NCBI RefSeq assembly: GCF_004010195.1
Contig: NC_057760.1
Span: forward strand, 540,432-604,431
Length of the DNA: 64,000 nucleotides
Reading direction: 5' to 3'
Source of the DNA: Chiloscyllium plagiosum
Taxonomy: Eukaryota
In this document: positions 1-12,400 of the stretch, one piece after another
How the letters are laid out: each line of letters opens with the position of its first letter
How positions within the stretch are numbered: the stretch's first letter is position 1
The notes under the pieces: generated by a model
Database searches by the model: none
What the model saw: only the letters and a program-made list of their open reading frames with translations
Told to the model about the DNA's origin: nothing
Program-made: the position numbers and the translations under genes

Positions 1-65
1 CACACACACACAGAGACACACACACACACAGAGACACACACACACACAGAGACACACACACACAC
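1..65. repeat. (CA)n / CACAGAGA microsatellite
   Basis: Seen directly. Confidence 0.95.
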
Positions 66-1064
66 TTTTAAAAACACAGATAGCTCTAGCGTGAAACGAA
101 CCTGCAGAGGAAGTGGAGGATGCAGTTATAATGGAGGAAGTGGAGGATGCAGACATTTGGCTAAGTACATGAATAGGAAACATTTGGAGGGATATAGGCC
201 AGGAACAGGCAGGTGGGACTAATTTAGATTGGAATTATGGCAGGCATGGGCTGAAGGGTGTGTTTCCATGCAGTACGACTCCATAAGTTTGACCCATTCA
301 GCCCTCCAATCCTGCGCCACCATTCAGCTGAGATCATGGTTGATCCAGTTGGAGTTTTCCATGCCTGGCCGCCCGACCCCCCCCCCCCCCCGACCTTAAA
401 GGGTCTTACTTTGAAACTGCGCCTCCTCATTCCAGTCTCTCCGACAAAGGGAGAGCGTCCTCTCACTACCCACTCTGCCCAGTGCCCTCCCAGAATTTTG
501 AGTTCTGATAAATTCTTGTCGACTCCAATACATAATGGCCCCACTGGGTCTTCTTTCTTCAGGACAACCCTTCACCCAGCCATGTGCCACCATTACCCTG
601 CCGTGTGCAGTCTGAGTGGCACACTTTGTACATTACAACGAAGACTGCAGCCAATTGCTTCGAGACCCAACGTGCTTTGGGATGCCTGGAGTTTGTGAAG
701 GATGCCATCCCAATGAAATCTTTCTGAACAATACAAAGGCGGCCACTCCCTGTGGCGAGCTCGCAACTGATCAGCGCCCTTCACTGATGCAGTATAAAGT
801 TCCCTTTGAAATTTTGTACACTCATCTATCCTGATCCATGTGAGGTGTAAAGTTTTGACATGTTTCGTGTTCTGAGAGATTCAAACCTATTTTTTTTATT
901 TGGAATACAGCTCGACCCACAAGGAACACTAGGAGTGTACCTCCAGGAAGGAATTAAAATAAGAATTAAATTACAATGGCCTGGAATTAAAAGCCCATCC
1001 GCAATGACAGGCAGGTTCCTTGTTGAGCTTGCTCAGGGCAGCATTCCCGACACAAGGGACTTAC

Positions 1065-1123
1065 AACCCCAATGCTGCCAACCGTGCCACTCTCACTCAG
1101 AGGGAAGGGATTGCAAGTGATAT
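1065..1123 (-). CDS. Candidate further C-terminal exon (D)ITCNPFPLSESGTVGSIGV
   Basis: ctgattttAG / GTaagt, open in the phase-1 frame left by the 2289 exon; no recognisable homology. Confidence 0.3.
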
Positions 1124-1170
1124 CTAAAATCAGTGAGGTGGACAAATGGGAGCATCAGGTCACCCTCCAC

Positions 1171-1573
1171 ACTGGCTCAGTGGTTAGCACCACTGCCTCA
1201 CAGCAGCAGGGACCCAGATTTAATTCTAGCCTCGGGCTGCTGACTGTGGACTTTGCACATTCTCCCTGCTGTGTCTGCGTGGGTTTCTTCTGGGTGCTCC
1301 GGTTTCCTCCCACAGTCCGAAGATGTGCAGGTTAGGGTGGATTGGCCATGCTAAATTGTCCCATAGTGCCCAGGGATGTGCAGGTTAGGGTGGATTGGCC
1401 ATGCTAAATTGTCCCAGTGTCCACAGATATGCACTCTGGCGGGGAGGGGGGGGCTAACTGTTGAAGATACAGGGTTACAGTGACAGGTCTGGGTGGGATG
1501 CTCTTCGGTGGGTCAGTGTGAACTCGATGGGCCGAATGGCCAGCTTCCACACACTGTGGGTGTCTATGATTCT
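1171..1573 (+). mobile_element. HE1-type tRNA-derived SINE
   Basis: A-box TGGCTCAGTGGTTAGC, decayed B-box, core GATGTGCAGGTTAGGGTGGATTGGCCATGCTAAATTG (duplicated internally), CR1-like tail. Confidence 0.85.
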
Positions 1574-2288
1574 GCACGATCTATATGGAGCTGCTCGACA
1601 GCAGATTTCCCAATTGGCCGACTGGAAGGCCTGAATGTGAAGCCAGCATCACGGAGGCATAGTCAACCAAAGGGTTGGCACCAAAGCATACACTGTGATG
1701 ACGAGCTGAGCAACCGAAGACTTGGAATAAAGAGGGGGATCCTAGATGAGGGTGAGAGCAAGAGAAAGAGCAAACCAAAGAGGTTTAGGGATGGAATTGC
1801 AGGACCTAGGGTCTCCAAACTGAAGAAGGCATTCATAAGGGGTTGGGGGGGGGGGGGGGGGGCAGATGGAAATCAGGAAAAGATACTGCCTTGGACAAGA
1901 GCACCGAATCATCCAGAATCCAGAGGAAGCCTCACCAGACCAGAAACATAACTCCGATTTCTCTCCCTAGGTGTCTGTGTTCTACAACACTTCTTGTGTA
2001 AGTCCTGTCCCTGTTTGCTTTGCCAAAACGCAATACCTCGCATTCATCCAAATTAAAACGCCTGAGATTAAATTTAACTGCAGAGATCACAGAGCGCATA
2101 AAATGTACTGAATACAACAAATGCTGGAGACCACAGCAGGTCAGGCCAGATCCATGGAGAGGGAGTGAGCAAGCTAATGTCAAGTCTAGACAACTCTTCA
2201 CCCATCGTTCCCTCCCCCACCCTCTGATGGCTGTGGGGTCAAACTTGGTGGCAGTGCCAAACACCTAACCTTCACCCTCCGCCATTAC

Positions 2289-2441
2289 CTTGTTCAATGA
2301 CCGCTTCAGTGATCTCCCTGTCAACCATCTGCACTTTCGCCGCCTCTGTCAGGGTTGGGTGTGGTTGGCTAGCCCCTCCTGCTGGTGTCCGGCGTGTGGA
2401 TGCCATGCCAATTCGGCTCTTTTTCGACGGGGATGGTTTGA
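2289..2441 (-). CDS. PIP5K1A: PIP5K1A C-terminal exon (L)[17 protein letters not shown]...EAVIEQ
   Basis: 153 bp; cttcccgcAG / GTaatg; KPSPSKK is conserved; phase 1 to phase 1. Confidence 0.9.
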
Positions 2442-5400
2442 CTGCGGGAAGTTCAACAAGAAAACGGTTAGGAGCGCAATTCGGCCTCTGCTTACAAAAG
2501 AAATGTTTGGCCTGGTCGCAGTTGGGCACGTTAACCTCACTGTCACCAGGGTCCTGGCACTGAATGGCAATATCGCGTCAGGGAAATCAGGTCCCTTTAA
2601 GGGCAAGCCAAAAACAGCTTCACAATTAACTGCAAGCAGGGGATGCTCATTGGAGCTGTACTTAAGAAATGTGATTATTTTTTGAGGGGCCCCTTTGCAG
2701 CACGGTGCTAGAGTCCCTACCTCTGAGTCAGGAATCATGGGTTTAAGCCCCACCTGCTCCAGAGGTAAATCATAACACTTCTGAACTGGCTGACCAACAA
2801 AAAAAAAAGTGGTATTATATAGCTGACAGCCTGTCTCTCTTTTGTGCCAATGCTGCCAGAGTGCACTTAGCACCGTGCACGTGGTGCCCGCCAGTATCCA
2901 GGAGGTCTTGAAAGAGGTGGGCAGCTCAGGTGCTGGGGGCGTGTTAATTCCCACGCCCCACCCTGGTATACTGGTTAGTAAAGTTAGATCACATGGGATT
3001 CAGGAAGAGCTCGCCAGTTGGATACAAGACAGGCTTGACGGTAGGGAACAGCAGCTAATAGGGGAGGGTTGTTTCTCAGACTGGAGGCCTGTGACCAGCT
3101 GCGTTCTGCTAGCACCAGTGCTCGGACGTCTGTTTTTGTCGTACTTGGATGACGACGGAGGTGATCTGGTTGGTAAGTTCACAGACAACATGAAAATTGG
3201 AGGAATTGTGAACAGTGAAGGAGGTTGACAAAGGATATAAACTGACATAGGTCAGTGGAAAGTTGGCCGGAGAAATGGTGTTTAATCCTGACAAGTTGAG
3301 GTGATGCCGTTTGGGAGGTCAAATGCGATAGGGTGAGAGGAAAGTATACAGTACTTTGCAGCACCGATATAGAGAGCGCGCTTGTGGTCCCCGAGAGCGG
3401 CCGCACAAGTAGATAAGGGCAGCAAGATAAGGTGGGGCATCATTTCAGACAGTGCCCGTTGTGGGCTCAGTTTCCCCATGTGCTTGGGCACCAGGAACAG
3501 CCAGACACTAACCCCCACCCCAGTACAGCTGCTGCCTCACATTCAGAACACCCAGTGAGGGTGGCATCACTGCAGCTATTAGCCTTGCGGTCGTCAGGAC
3601 AATATGCAAGGATTCCAAACTTCAAACGGTCACAATTTACACTACAGGAGGGAATTTAACATACAAAAAGGTTTGATTGGCTCAGCAAAGGCTTTGCCAT
3701 GGAGGAAACACCTCGCTAACTGAGCAGCAGCACTGGCTTGAACACAAACCTACGTGGCTTTCAGGGAATGAGTTCCCCGTTCCCGGAAATTTGGAATTTT
3801 TACGTGTCCCCTAACAAAGGCAACATGCCCTCTCTCTTCAGAAATATTCCAGGAGTGTTTTTAAACACTGCAACTGTTTAAACATTTTGCAAAACTTGCG
3901 TAGCGTCACCTTACTTGTTCTACCTCATCTTCTTTCCTACTCTTCTCAAACATGGTGTTGTTCTGCGCTAACTGCCTTGACCCTTCACCTAGGTTTCTCA
4001 ACAAAAAAAAAACACATTGAACAGAGACAAAATGCAAAATGACAAATCATCTTAGTTGTTTACCAGAACCTTATCTACACGAGAGAAATAGGTGCTTCTC
4101 CTGAGACTCAATCTGGACAAGGCCAGTGTTCCGAAAGATTATAGGGAACGGGAGATGAAGCAGGAAAGAACATTCTCCCCACCACCATACAGTTCACAGC
4201 ATTATCTTAAAGCATGAAGCAGAGTTAGAGGGAAGTAGGCAGTTTTACAAAGGACTCAACCTTTGTCCAGTTGCCACTGACTTCCACTTGCATCATTACA
4301 AACTCAGGCGTTTCCCCTTTAAAATGAACGTGAGTGTGGGTAGAATTTCAGCAACAATTTGTACTTGTGCACTACCTCTAAGTTAAAGATGCCCTGTAGT
4401 GTTTCATGGAATCAAAACTGGACAGCTAAGGGATATTAGGGAGAGGACAAGCAAGATTGCTCGAGGTTTAGAGAAGGAATTCCAAAGCTCTGCACATCAG
4501 GCAGCTAAAGGTAGAGCTACAGGAATCAGGGGGAGCAAGAGGCTGGAACTGAAGGAGCGCAGAGATGTCAGAGTGAGATAGAGGGAGGTGGTGTGGGGGC
4601 TGGTCGAGGGGACAGAAATGGGGAGGGGGTGCAGGGGTTAGTCAGTTCCCAGGAAGGCAAACAGATTTGTGGATAAGAGCAGAGTGTTGCAGGATCTAAA
4701 ATCATGGCTTTCATCACGGAGTCAGTGAAATTTCTGCTTGCCCAGTGTTAAGGCGCATACCCTCGGCCAGGAGAGGCGGTGGCAAGGTGGAGCAGAATGC
4801 CATCTGTGCGTGCATAGACCATAATGCTGCTTTTTTCTGGAGGAGGGACAATTAATTATGTTTTGGAAGGTGGGGAAGAGGGGGGTGGTGCAAGGCTCTC
4901 TCTTTCACTGACTTCACACAATCACAGAAATATTTACACACTATCAGGCCGCTCAACCCATCAATGCTTTTATGACAGACCCGCGTGTCTGGTTAAGTAG
5001 ATCCCACAGGGGAGTAAATGTGGAAGGAGGCCTTGATCGGGCAGTATGATGGATTGAGTCGGTTTCTCTTGCAGTAAGTGTAGCATACCCCAATCCTGTG
5101 TGTCCATCTAGCTTTTTCCCTCCAGTGCATTCACCTTTGGTGCTGGCTTTGGCCACTCACAGTGGGAACAGATTCCACATTCTCCCTGCTCTCCAACTGA
5201 CTACCTGAATTCCCAGTTGGATTGATTAGCGATCATCTCATGGACCCCCTGGGCTCTGGTCTCACTCTCAAGCACGGTGGCTTAATCAGGCCGTCCCCAC
5301 TCCCTTCCAACTTTTCTAGTGAAAACAACCATAATCCATTCAGCCAGCACTGTGGCTCAGTGATTAGCACTGCTGCCTCACAGCACCAGGGTACCAGGTT

Positions 5401-8400
5401 TGATTCCAGCCTCGGGCGACAGTGTGTGGAATTTGCACATTCTCTCCGTGTCTGCGTGGATCTCCTCCCACAGTCCAAAGATGTGCAGGTGAATTGGCCA
5501 TGCTAAACTGCCCATAGTGTTAGGTGCAGTAGTCAGAGGGAAAATGGGTCTGGGTGGACAAAGTTAAAAATCACACAATACCAGGTTATAGTCCAGCAGG
5601 TTTAATTGGAAGCACACTAGCTTTCGGAGTGCCGCTCCTTCATCAGGTGATTGTGAAGGATCAGGTGAAGGAGTGGCGTTCCGAAAGCTAGTGCTTCCAA
5701 TTAAACTTGTTGGACTATAACCTGGTATTGTGTGATTTTTAACTTTGTACACCCCAGTCCAACACCAGCATCTCCAAATCGGATCTGGGTGAGTTACTCT
5801 TCGGAGGGACAGTGTGGATTGGTCGGGCCGAAGGGCCTGTTTCCACACTGTAGGGAATCGAATCTAAACAAAAGCCCTTCCTGACGGCACAGGTCTATCT
5901 CTCTGTGATGATTTAGGAGGTTATTTTATTCTGTTCTGAAGTTGCAAGACAGAGGTTACGAGCCATCTACCAAGGTTACTCAAGTAAGCAGCTTGAGTGG
6001 CCTTGGGGTTGTCATCTATACAGGTCATCCTGCTTCAATACGCTTCATTTACACTAATTCCCTCTATCACAATTGTCAAATGAGGGGACACTGTTTATAA
6101 AGCGCGGAAGTTATAAAAGTGAGTATTGGTTACAATGCGGTTCTGGCTCCAATAGTCTGAATGGTGCTGCTATTATACAATTTTCTTATAACACGGGATT
6201 GCACGAGGACGGAACTACCGTGTTTTAGCAGAACTGACTGGAACTGGAACAACAGAAGCAGCCTGGATGGGTGTGGCCAGCTCTCTCAGCACAGGCTTTC
6301 TAACTTTTCTCTTCAGTTTTTAGGTTTAGCTTTCGTGGGCTTGAAGTGGAAGCTATTTTTACCTCTGTTGATTACAGACGAAAGCTGGAGGGTTCTCTTC
6401 CTAGGCTGCTGAATTACACGCAAGACAAAACCAGAGTTTTTGAATTCGCTTTTGCCAAACGGGTGTGTTTATGAATGTTGCTATATTGGAACAGTTAATT
6501 AATAACAGCATAATTGATACAATAACTGTTAAGTTTTCCAATAAAGTTAAGCTGTTCTAAATGCCTCTTTCTTTGGTTGGAGTTTTAACTACAGTGTTTA
6601 AATAAATTGCGCTTTGCTTAACGTCGACTGTATTGCAGATCACATTGCACCTGGAACATGGCACTTTACATTTGCCGTAAAAATTAGTAGTAGTTCGGGT
6701 CTAGCCTACTTAAAATATTAAGTGGGTCAGGTTTGGACTGGACTGGTCTGGTCCATAACACGTCCCACCAGACGTCACCTCACACCCTCCCAGCGCAGAT
6801 CCTCCAGTGGCAGGATGATAGAATTACACTACAATTACATTTCTCAGTATGGACCGAGGGGCATACAAATGAGAAGATGTGTCAACAGGAAGCATAGAGG
6901 CTCAACTGCTTATTGGATTAAAACTGAAAATGGGTATTTACGTGGTATCTTCTTGAAGACTACGCCACACATGAAACGCTGAAATCGTTCGGCATAAAAA
7001 CCCGGCCTGTGCACGGATACTGTGTCCTGAAACAAAGTGAGAGACAGATTACCTGCAGGAAAAGACACAGACAACAATGTATGATCAAACACCCATTGTA
7101 GCCAAAAGCCCTTCCTCTTCTAAGGCTGGACTATATTCCCCCACCGTCAAAATGCACGTCCGCCCTGCAGCTTTGATGGGAGTAGTGCTGGAGGGTCAGC
7201 AACCAGAGGCTGAAGAATTGGGCAAGAGAATGAGGGCAATCTTTCTGAGATTAAGCAATCTAAAACGCACTCTGAAAGAGGAGCAAAACCAGATCCAGAT
7301 CAAACAAGAACTTCCACAAAGGAAATCAGACAGGGAAAGAGCCTGGACTAACTCAACAGCTCTACTAAAGGGCACAGACACGAGGAGTCAAATCGCCACC
7401 CTCCCCTCTCGACACAGCAGTCTAGATTTTGCTTCATTCAGCGAAAACACAATGGAGCACCACATTGCTGCGAATCACATTTCAAATTCATGCTGAAGTC
7501 AATTCCATGACAGAGCTGTCAGAGGCACCAGTGCAGCCTCTGCTTTTAGAGAGACAGGACCAGTCCTTCCTACTCACCCCATCATGTACAAGGGCCTTCC
7601 AAGAGTGTTCCAGCTTCTTTATAAATCTAAAACAGTGGGGGGAGACAACGTTACAGCAGAACAGAACACATGGACAAGGGTTTTCAACACGGCACTTCGG
7701 GAGTCAACTACTGCATCACGACTCCTTTAACACCAAATCCAGCTCACACTGCAGTCTACATCACACTCCAGCCCAGTAAAGGGCTGCCACGGAGCATCAA
7801 ACAAAATTGAACAAGGAGATACATCAGGATATATCAGGGGAGATGACAAAAATCTGCATGGGGTGGGCAAAGAGAGATTGGGACAGGGAGAGGGAAGGGG
7901 TGTAGGGGCTGGGGGATGTACAGAGATGGGGGCCTAGGGGCTGGAGGAAGTGACAAGAGATAGGGAGGGGGTGTAGTGGCTGAAGGTTACAGAGATAGGG
8001 AGGGGGCGAGGGCCATGGAGCCATTTGAACACAACAATGAGAATTTGAAACCCAAGGAGTTATTAGAGCAGGAGCCCTAGTGATGAATGCTGGAAATTGT
8101 GCAGAGCCAGGACAGAAGCTTATAAAGCTACTTACCTGTATGATTGTAAGATGTCTATGACGCCAATGTACAACATCAGACGCTCGCCTTTGGAGTTCCG
8201 AGCTGGGATTCCCCCCATCCTGAAACAAAACAAACAGCATCATCCTTCTGATTCAAATAACAAGTTAGTCTGCTGCCAAGCCCTGTGCTGGACCCCATGA
8301 AGCATTGGTACCTTTTAAATACTCAGGATGGAATACTGCCTTCAATTCCGGTCTCCCTGCTATAGGAAAGACATTGTAAGGGTGCAGAAAACATTTACAA

Positions 8401-9415
8401 GGATGATGCCGGAATTGGAGGATTTGAGCTTCTGGGAGAAGCTGAATAGGCTGGGGCTATTTCCCATGGAGTGACGGAGGCTGGGGGCTGACCCTTGATA
8501 AAATCATGAGGGTCATGGATAGGGTGAATAGCCAAGATCTCACCCCTGCCCCCCCCCCCCAGAGTAGGGTGCCCAAAACTAGAGGGCATAGGTTTATGGT
8601 GCAAGAAGAAAGATTTAAAAGGCACCTAAGTGGAAAACTTTTTTCTATAGAGGGTGGTGCATGCATGGAATGAGGTGCCAGGGGAAGTGGTGGAGGCTGG
8701 TACAATTACAACACTGAAAAGGCAACTGGATGGGTACGTGAATAAGAAGGGTTTAGAGGGAGATGGGCCAAATGGGACTTGATCAGCGAGGACATTGATT
8801 TAACGTAGAAAACTTGGCAACCAGTAGGTGGACAGAAAGCACCCCCACACAGTGTTTCATTTCAAATGACGAATAGGACTTCCTGTGACATCATCCATCC
8901 TCAGCCTGTACCAACATGGTGGTCAGGGCATCTTCCAGATCATCTGAGAGTGGAGATTCCCCCGCGACAGCGAGGCTAAGGCCAGCACTAGGGATCTTCC
9001 GACTCGGGTGAAGTGAGCGAGTCTAATGCCCTAAGCTCAATCCTACTCCCTGCCTTCTGTCCAAATTCAAGCACACGCACGCGCTCAAAACCCACGGGGC
9101 ATGAGACGTAAGCTCACAGTTCATCCGTCTCGCCGGTTCCCCCCAGCCTCGATTCGCCCTGGATGGCCTCCACTGCCGTTGAGTACAGCGCCCGCTGGCC
9201 AGTCGGTCTCCGGGCATCCGACGGGCCGATGCCATCTGTGCCACCCTGGGGCCCTTCGGCCCCACGCTCCCGGCTGGCGATATCCATGTTGTGGACCCCG
9301 ACCAGCAAGCTGTAGTCCATGATTTTGAAGCTCTGAAGCACCTACGTTGGGAATACAGTAGTGAGAGAGAGAGAGAGAGGGAGAGGGAGGGAGAAAGAGA
9401 AAGAGAGAGAGAGAG

Positions 9416-9486
<71 letters not shown>

Positions 9487-12400
9487 NNNNNNNNNNNNNN
9501 NNNNNNNNNNNNNNNNNNNNNNNNNNNNNNNNNNNNNNNNNNNNNNNNNNNNNNNNNNNNNNNNNNNNNNNNNNNNNNNNNNNNNNNNNNNNNNNNNNNN
9601 NNNNNNNNNNNNNNNNNNNNNNNNNNNNNNNNNNNNNNNNNNNNNNNNNNNNNNNNNNNNNNNNNNNNNNNNNNNNNNNNNNNNNNNNNNNNNNNNNNNN
9701 NNNNNNNNNNNNNNNNNNNNNNNNNNNNNNNNNNNNNNNNNNNNNNNNNNNNNNNNNNNNNNNNNNNNNNNNNNNNNNNNNNNNNNNNNNNNNNNNNNNN
9801 NNNNNNNNNNNNNNGAGAGAGAGAGAGGGAGAGAGAGAGAAACAGAGACAGGGAACGGATTCACCAGATGGGACTGTCAAAACGATAAATATTCTGGAGA
9901 CGACAGGGGTAAAAGCAAGACCAAAGTCACCCAGTGCAAACCGCACACCATCTCAACTTGGAAATAATGTTACCATCCCTTCAATGTTGCTGAATCAAAA
10001 TCCTATAACTTAATAAAGACATGAGGGGCAATTGTTTTGCACAGAAAGTGGTTTGAATGAACTGCCAGAGGATGTGTTTCCGCGCTGTATGATTCTCCCT
10101 CTGTAATAGCACTGTGGGTGTCCCTGCATAGAATGGACTGCAGCGGTTCAAGGCAGCAGCTTACTGCCAGGGGTGGGCAATGAACATCAGGAACACCTAT
10201 GTCCCATGTGGAAAACTTTCAAGACGGAGGGTCAACACGCCAAGTCAATGGCTCAACTGAGGAGTCAGAAGGAAGTTTTGCGATCGAAAGAATCTTGTCT
10301 TTTTCCCCCCACCTTCTGACCACTTGACAGGTTACTAAAGGACAGGGCAGGGGAGGCAATGGACATCCACTGTGATCTTACTGAACAGCTGAGCATGTGC
10401 TTATCTTATTCCCGACACTTTCTCCACAACAAGCAGATACAGCAAGGACCGGAGTCAAGGACGGCTCCTTTTCAATTTACTTCATTGCTTACAAATTAAT
10501 CAGCACCAGAATAGAGAAAAGTAATGTCCACTGTGCAGCACGAAGCCACAACGACAGGAAGGTAAGCGTGTCCAATTCCCGATCGGAGCTCAATCTCAGC
10601 GGTCCATTGGAACAGAATCATGGAATATCCACCACGTGGAAGCAGGCCATTTTCCCATCGAAACCACACCAACCCTCCAAAGGACACTGCATCCAAACCC
10701 TGCATTTCCTATCGCTGACTCACCTAGCCTGCACATCCCTGGATACGATGGGGGAATTTAGCACACCAATCCACCCGAACTTGTACATCCTTGGACTGTG
10801 GGAGTAAACCGGAGCACCCAAAAGAAACCCGCACAGACCGTTGCCAGAGGCTGGAATCGAACCTGGGTCTCTGGCGCTGTGAGGTAGCGGTGCTAACCAT
10901 TGAGCCACCATGCCACTCATCCTTTTAAAGGGTAGAAGGTGGTATATTAGTGGAAGATGCTGTCAAGGGAGACTTGGCGAGTGGCTGCAGGGCATCCTGT
11001 GGATGGTACACACTGCTGCCACCGTGTGTTAAAGGTGAAGGGAACATGATGATGATCAGGGTGGCAATTAAGCAGACTGGTGTCTCACATCTTGAGCCTC
11101 TGGAGTTGCACTCATTCCAGCTTCAACCGCCAGTAATTTAGCATGAAACAGCATTTTCTTTGGGGGAAAGAAAATAACACAAGCTGCCATGCGGCTCAGT
11201 TGAGCTGAAGCAGCAGACTCAGGCCTGACATTGCAAGTTTGGAAATCCATGAATGAGCAAACGTCAATTGTGTGATGGTGTTGGATCTCGTGACCTCTGG
11301 CGTCAAATTCTACTCCGCTGAGGAAAGAGACAGAGGCTAGGTGGTGGTGGTCACAAGATTGGAGAAGTTCCTTGGAGAGAGAGTTCAGAGGGGGGCTCGA
11401 TGCGCATGCTCCACATCAGGACAGGCTGGATAGGGACAGTTGCAATGGTTTCGAACTGGGCTTTGGTGAGGCTAGCGATTAAAACAAAACTGGCAAAACA
11501 AACAACGCTGATGTTGAGGAGAAACTTGAACAGTCAGGACATGGGGGAATGCACGAGGGAGCATTTGCAAGGAAGAACATGCAGGGTTATGGGGGTGGGG
11601 GGGGGTAGATGGTGGTGGTGAACAGCACAAGGTGAATCGCAGCGCAGACATAAGAGGAACAGCCTCCCCCCGTTCTGTAAAAGCTCCATGACTCAATGTA
11701 ATAGTGCAGCAACCGAAAGCACAGCTGAGGCATCCGGTGGTGTGGGGGCACTGACATCGTTAAAAAGGAAGGCGGCAAGGGACGGACAGGGAAGCCCAAC
11801 ACCCGATGTGCAGCCTGTGCGGAGCCCTTTGCCGCAGCAAACGAAGGGTGATGGTACTAACCAAACAGTCTCTCTGAATCGTTTTATACAAGGCACTGTA
11901 CATGTCGGTATCCAGGAAGAGGCCATCCGGGATATCCTGCATGAAGTCAAGGTCTTTGAAGGTGGGTCGTGGCTTCTCGCGCTCTTTCTGTGAAGCCCTG
12001 CGCTTGTACGTTGACCCTTTCAGGTCGTATTTCAGGTGCATTTTCAATGCCCGGGGCAGCAGGTTGTTCATGACCACCAGTCGGATGTTGTTGCCCCCTG
12101 ACTGGATGCAGTAGAGCCCGAAGAACTTGGGCAGCAGCGTGCGAGGGTTCTGGTTCAAGTTCTGTCAGGAGAGAGAGAGAGAGACAGCAAGAGATCTTTC
12201 TGTTTTTAAAAAAAAACTCGCATCTAAATGACACCTCAAAGCACTTTACAACAATATGCATCTATTTTTATAAAACATCCCAAGGAGTGATTATTGGACA
12301 GAATTTGATGTGATCACGTAAGGAGACGTCAGGACAGGTGACAAGTCAATTTTAAGAAGTGTCTTAAAGTGGGAGGGGGAGATCAGAGAGGGGAAGAAAT

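Larger units (their letters stand above)
5345..5866 (+). mobile_element. HE1-type SINE interrupted by the fold-back element
   Basis: A-box, B-box (GGTTTGATTCC), core and tail resume across 5557-5780. Confidence 0.85.

Noticed and set aside
595..725. Candidate PIP5K1A exon with AG/GT ends
   Set aside because: Overlaps what looks like a SINE 3' tail (similar to 35060-35110 and 55610-55730) and has no homology.
1171..1240. tRNA gene
   Set aside because: The A/B boxes belong to HE1 SINE heads that run into SINE core; no full cloverleaf.
5557..5780. miRNA precursor or classical MITE interpretation of the hairpins
   Set aside because: The one-sided tail, long and variable TSDs and hammerhead cores fit Penelope-type retroelements better; small-RNA production cannot be excluded.
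9023..10013. ORFs of 175-307 aa with ER/SL repeats
   Set aside because: Artefacts of the (GA)n microsatellite and the N gap.
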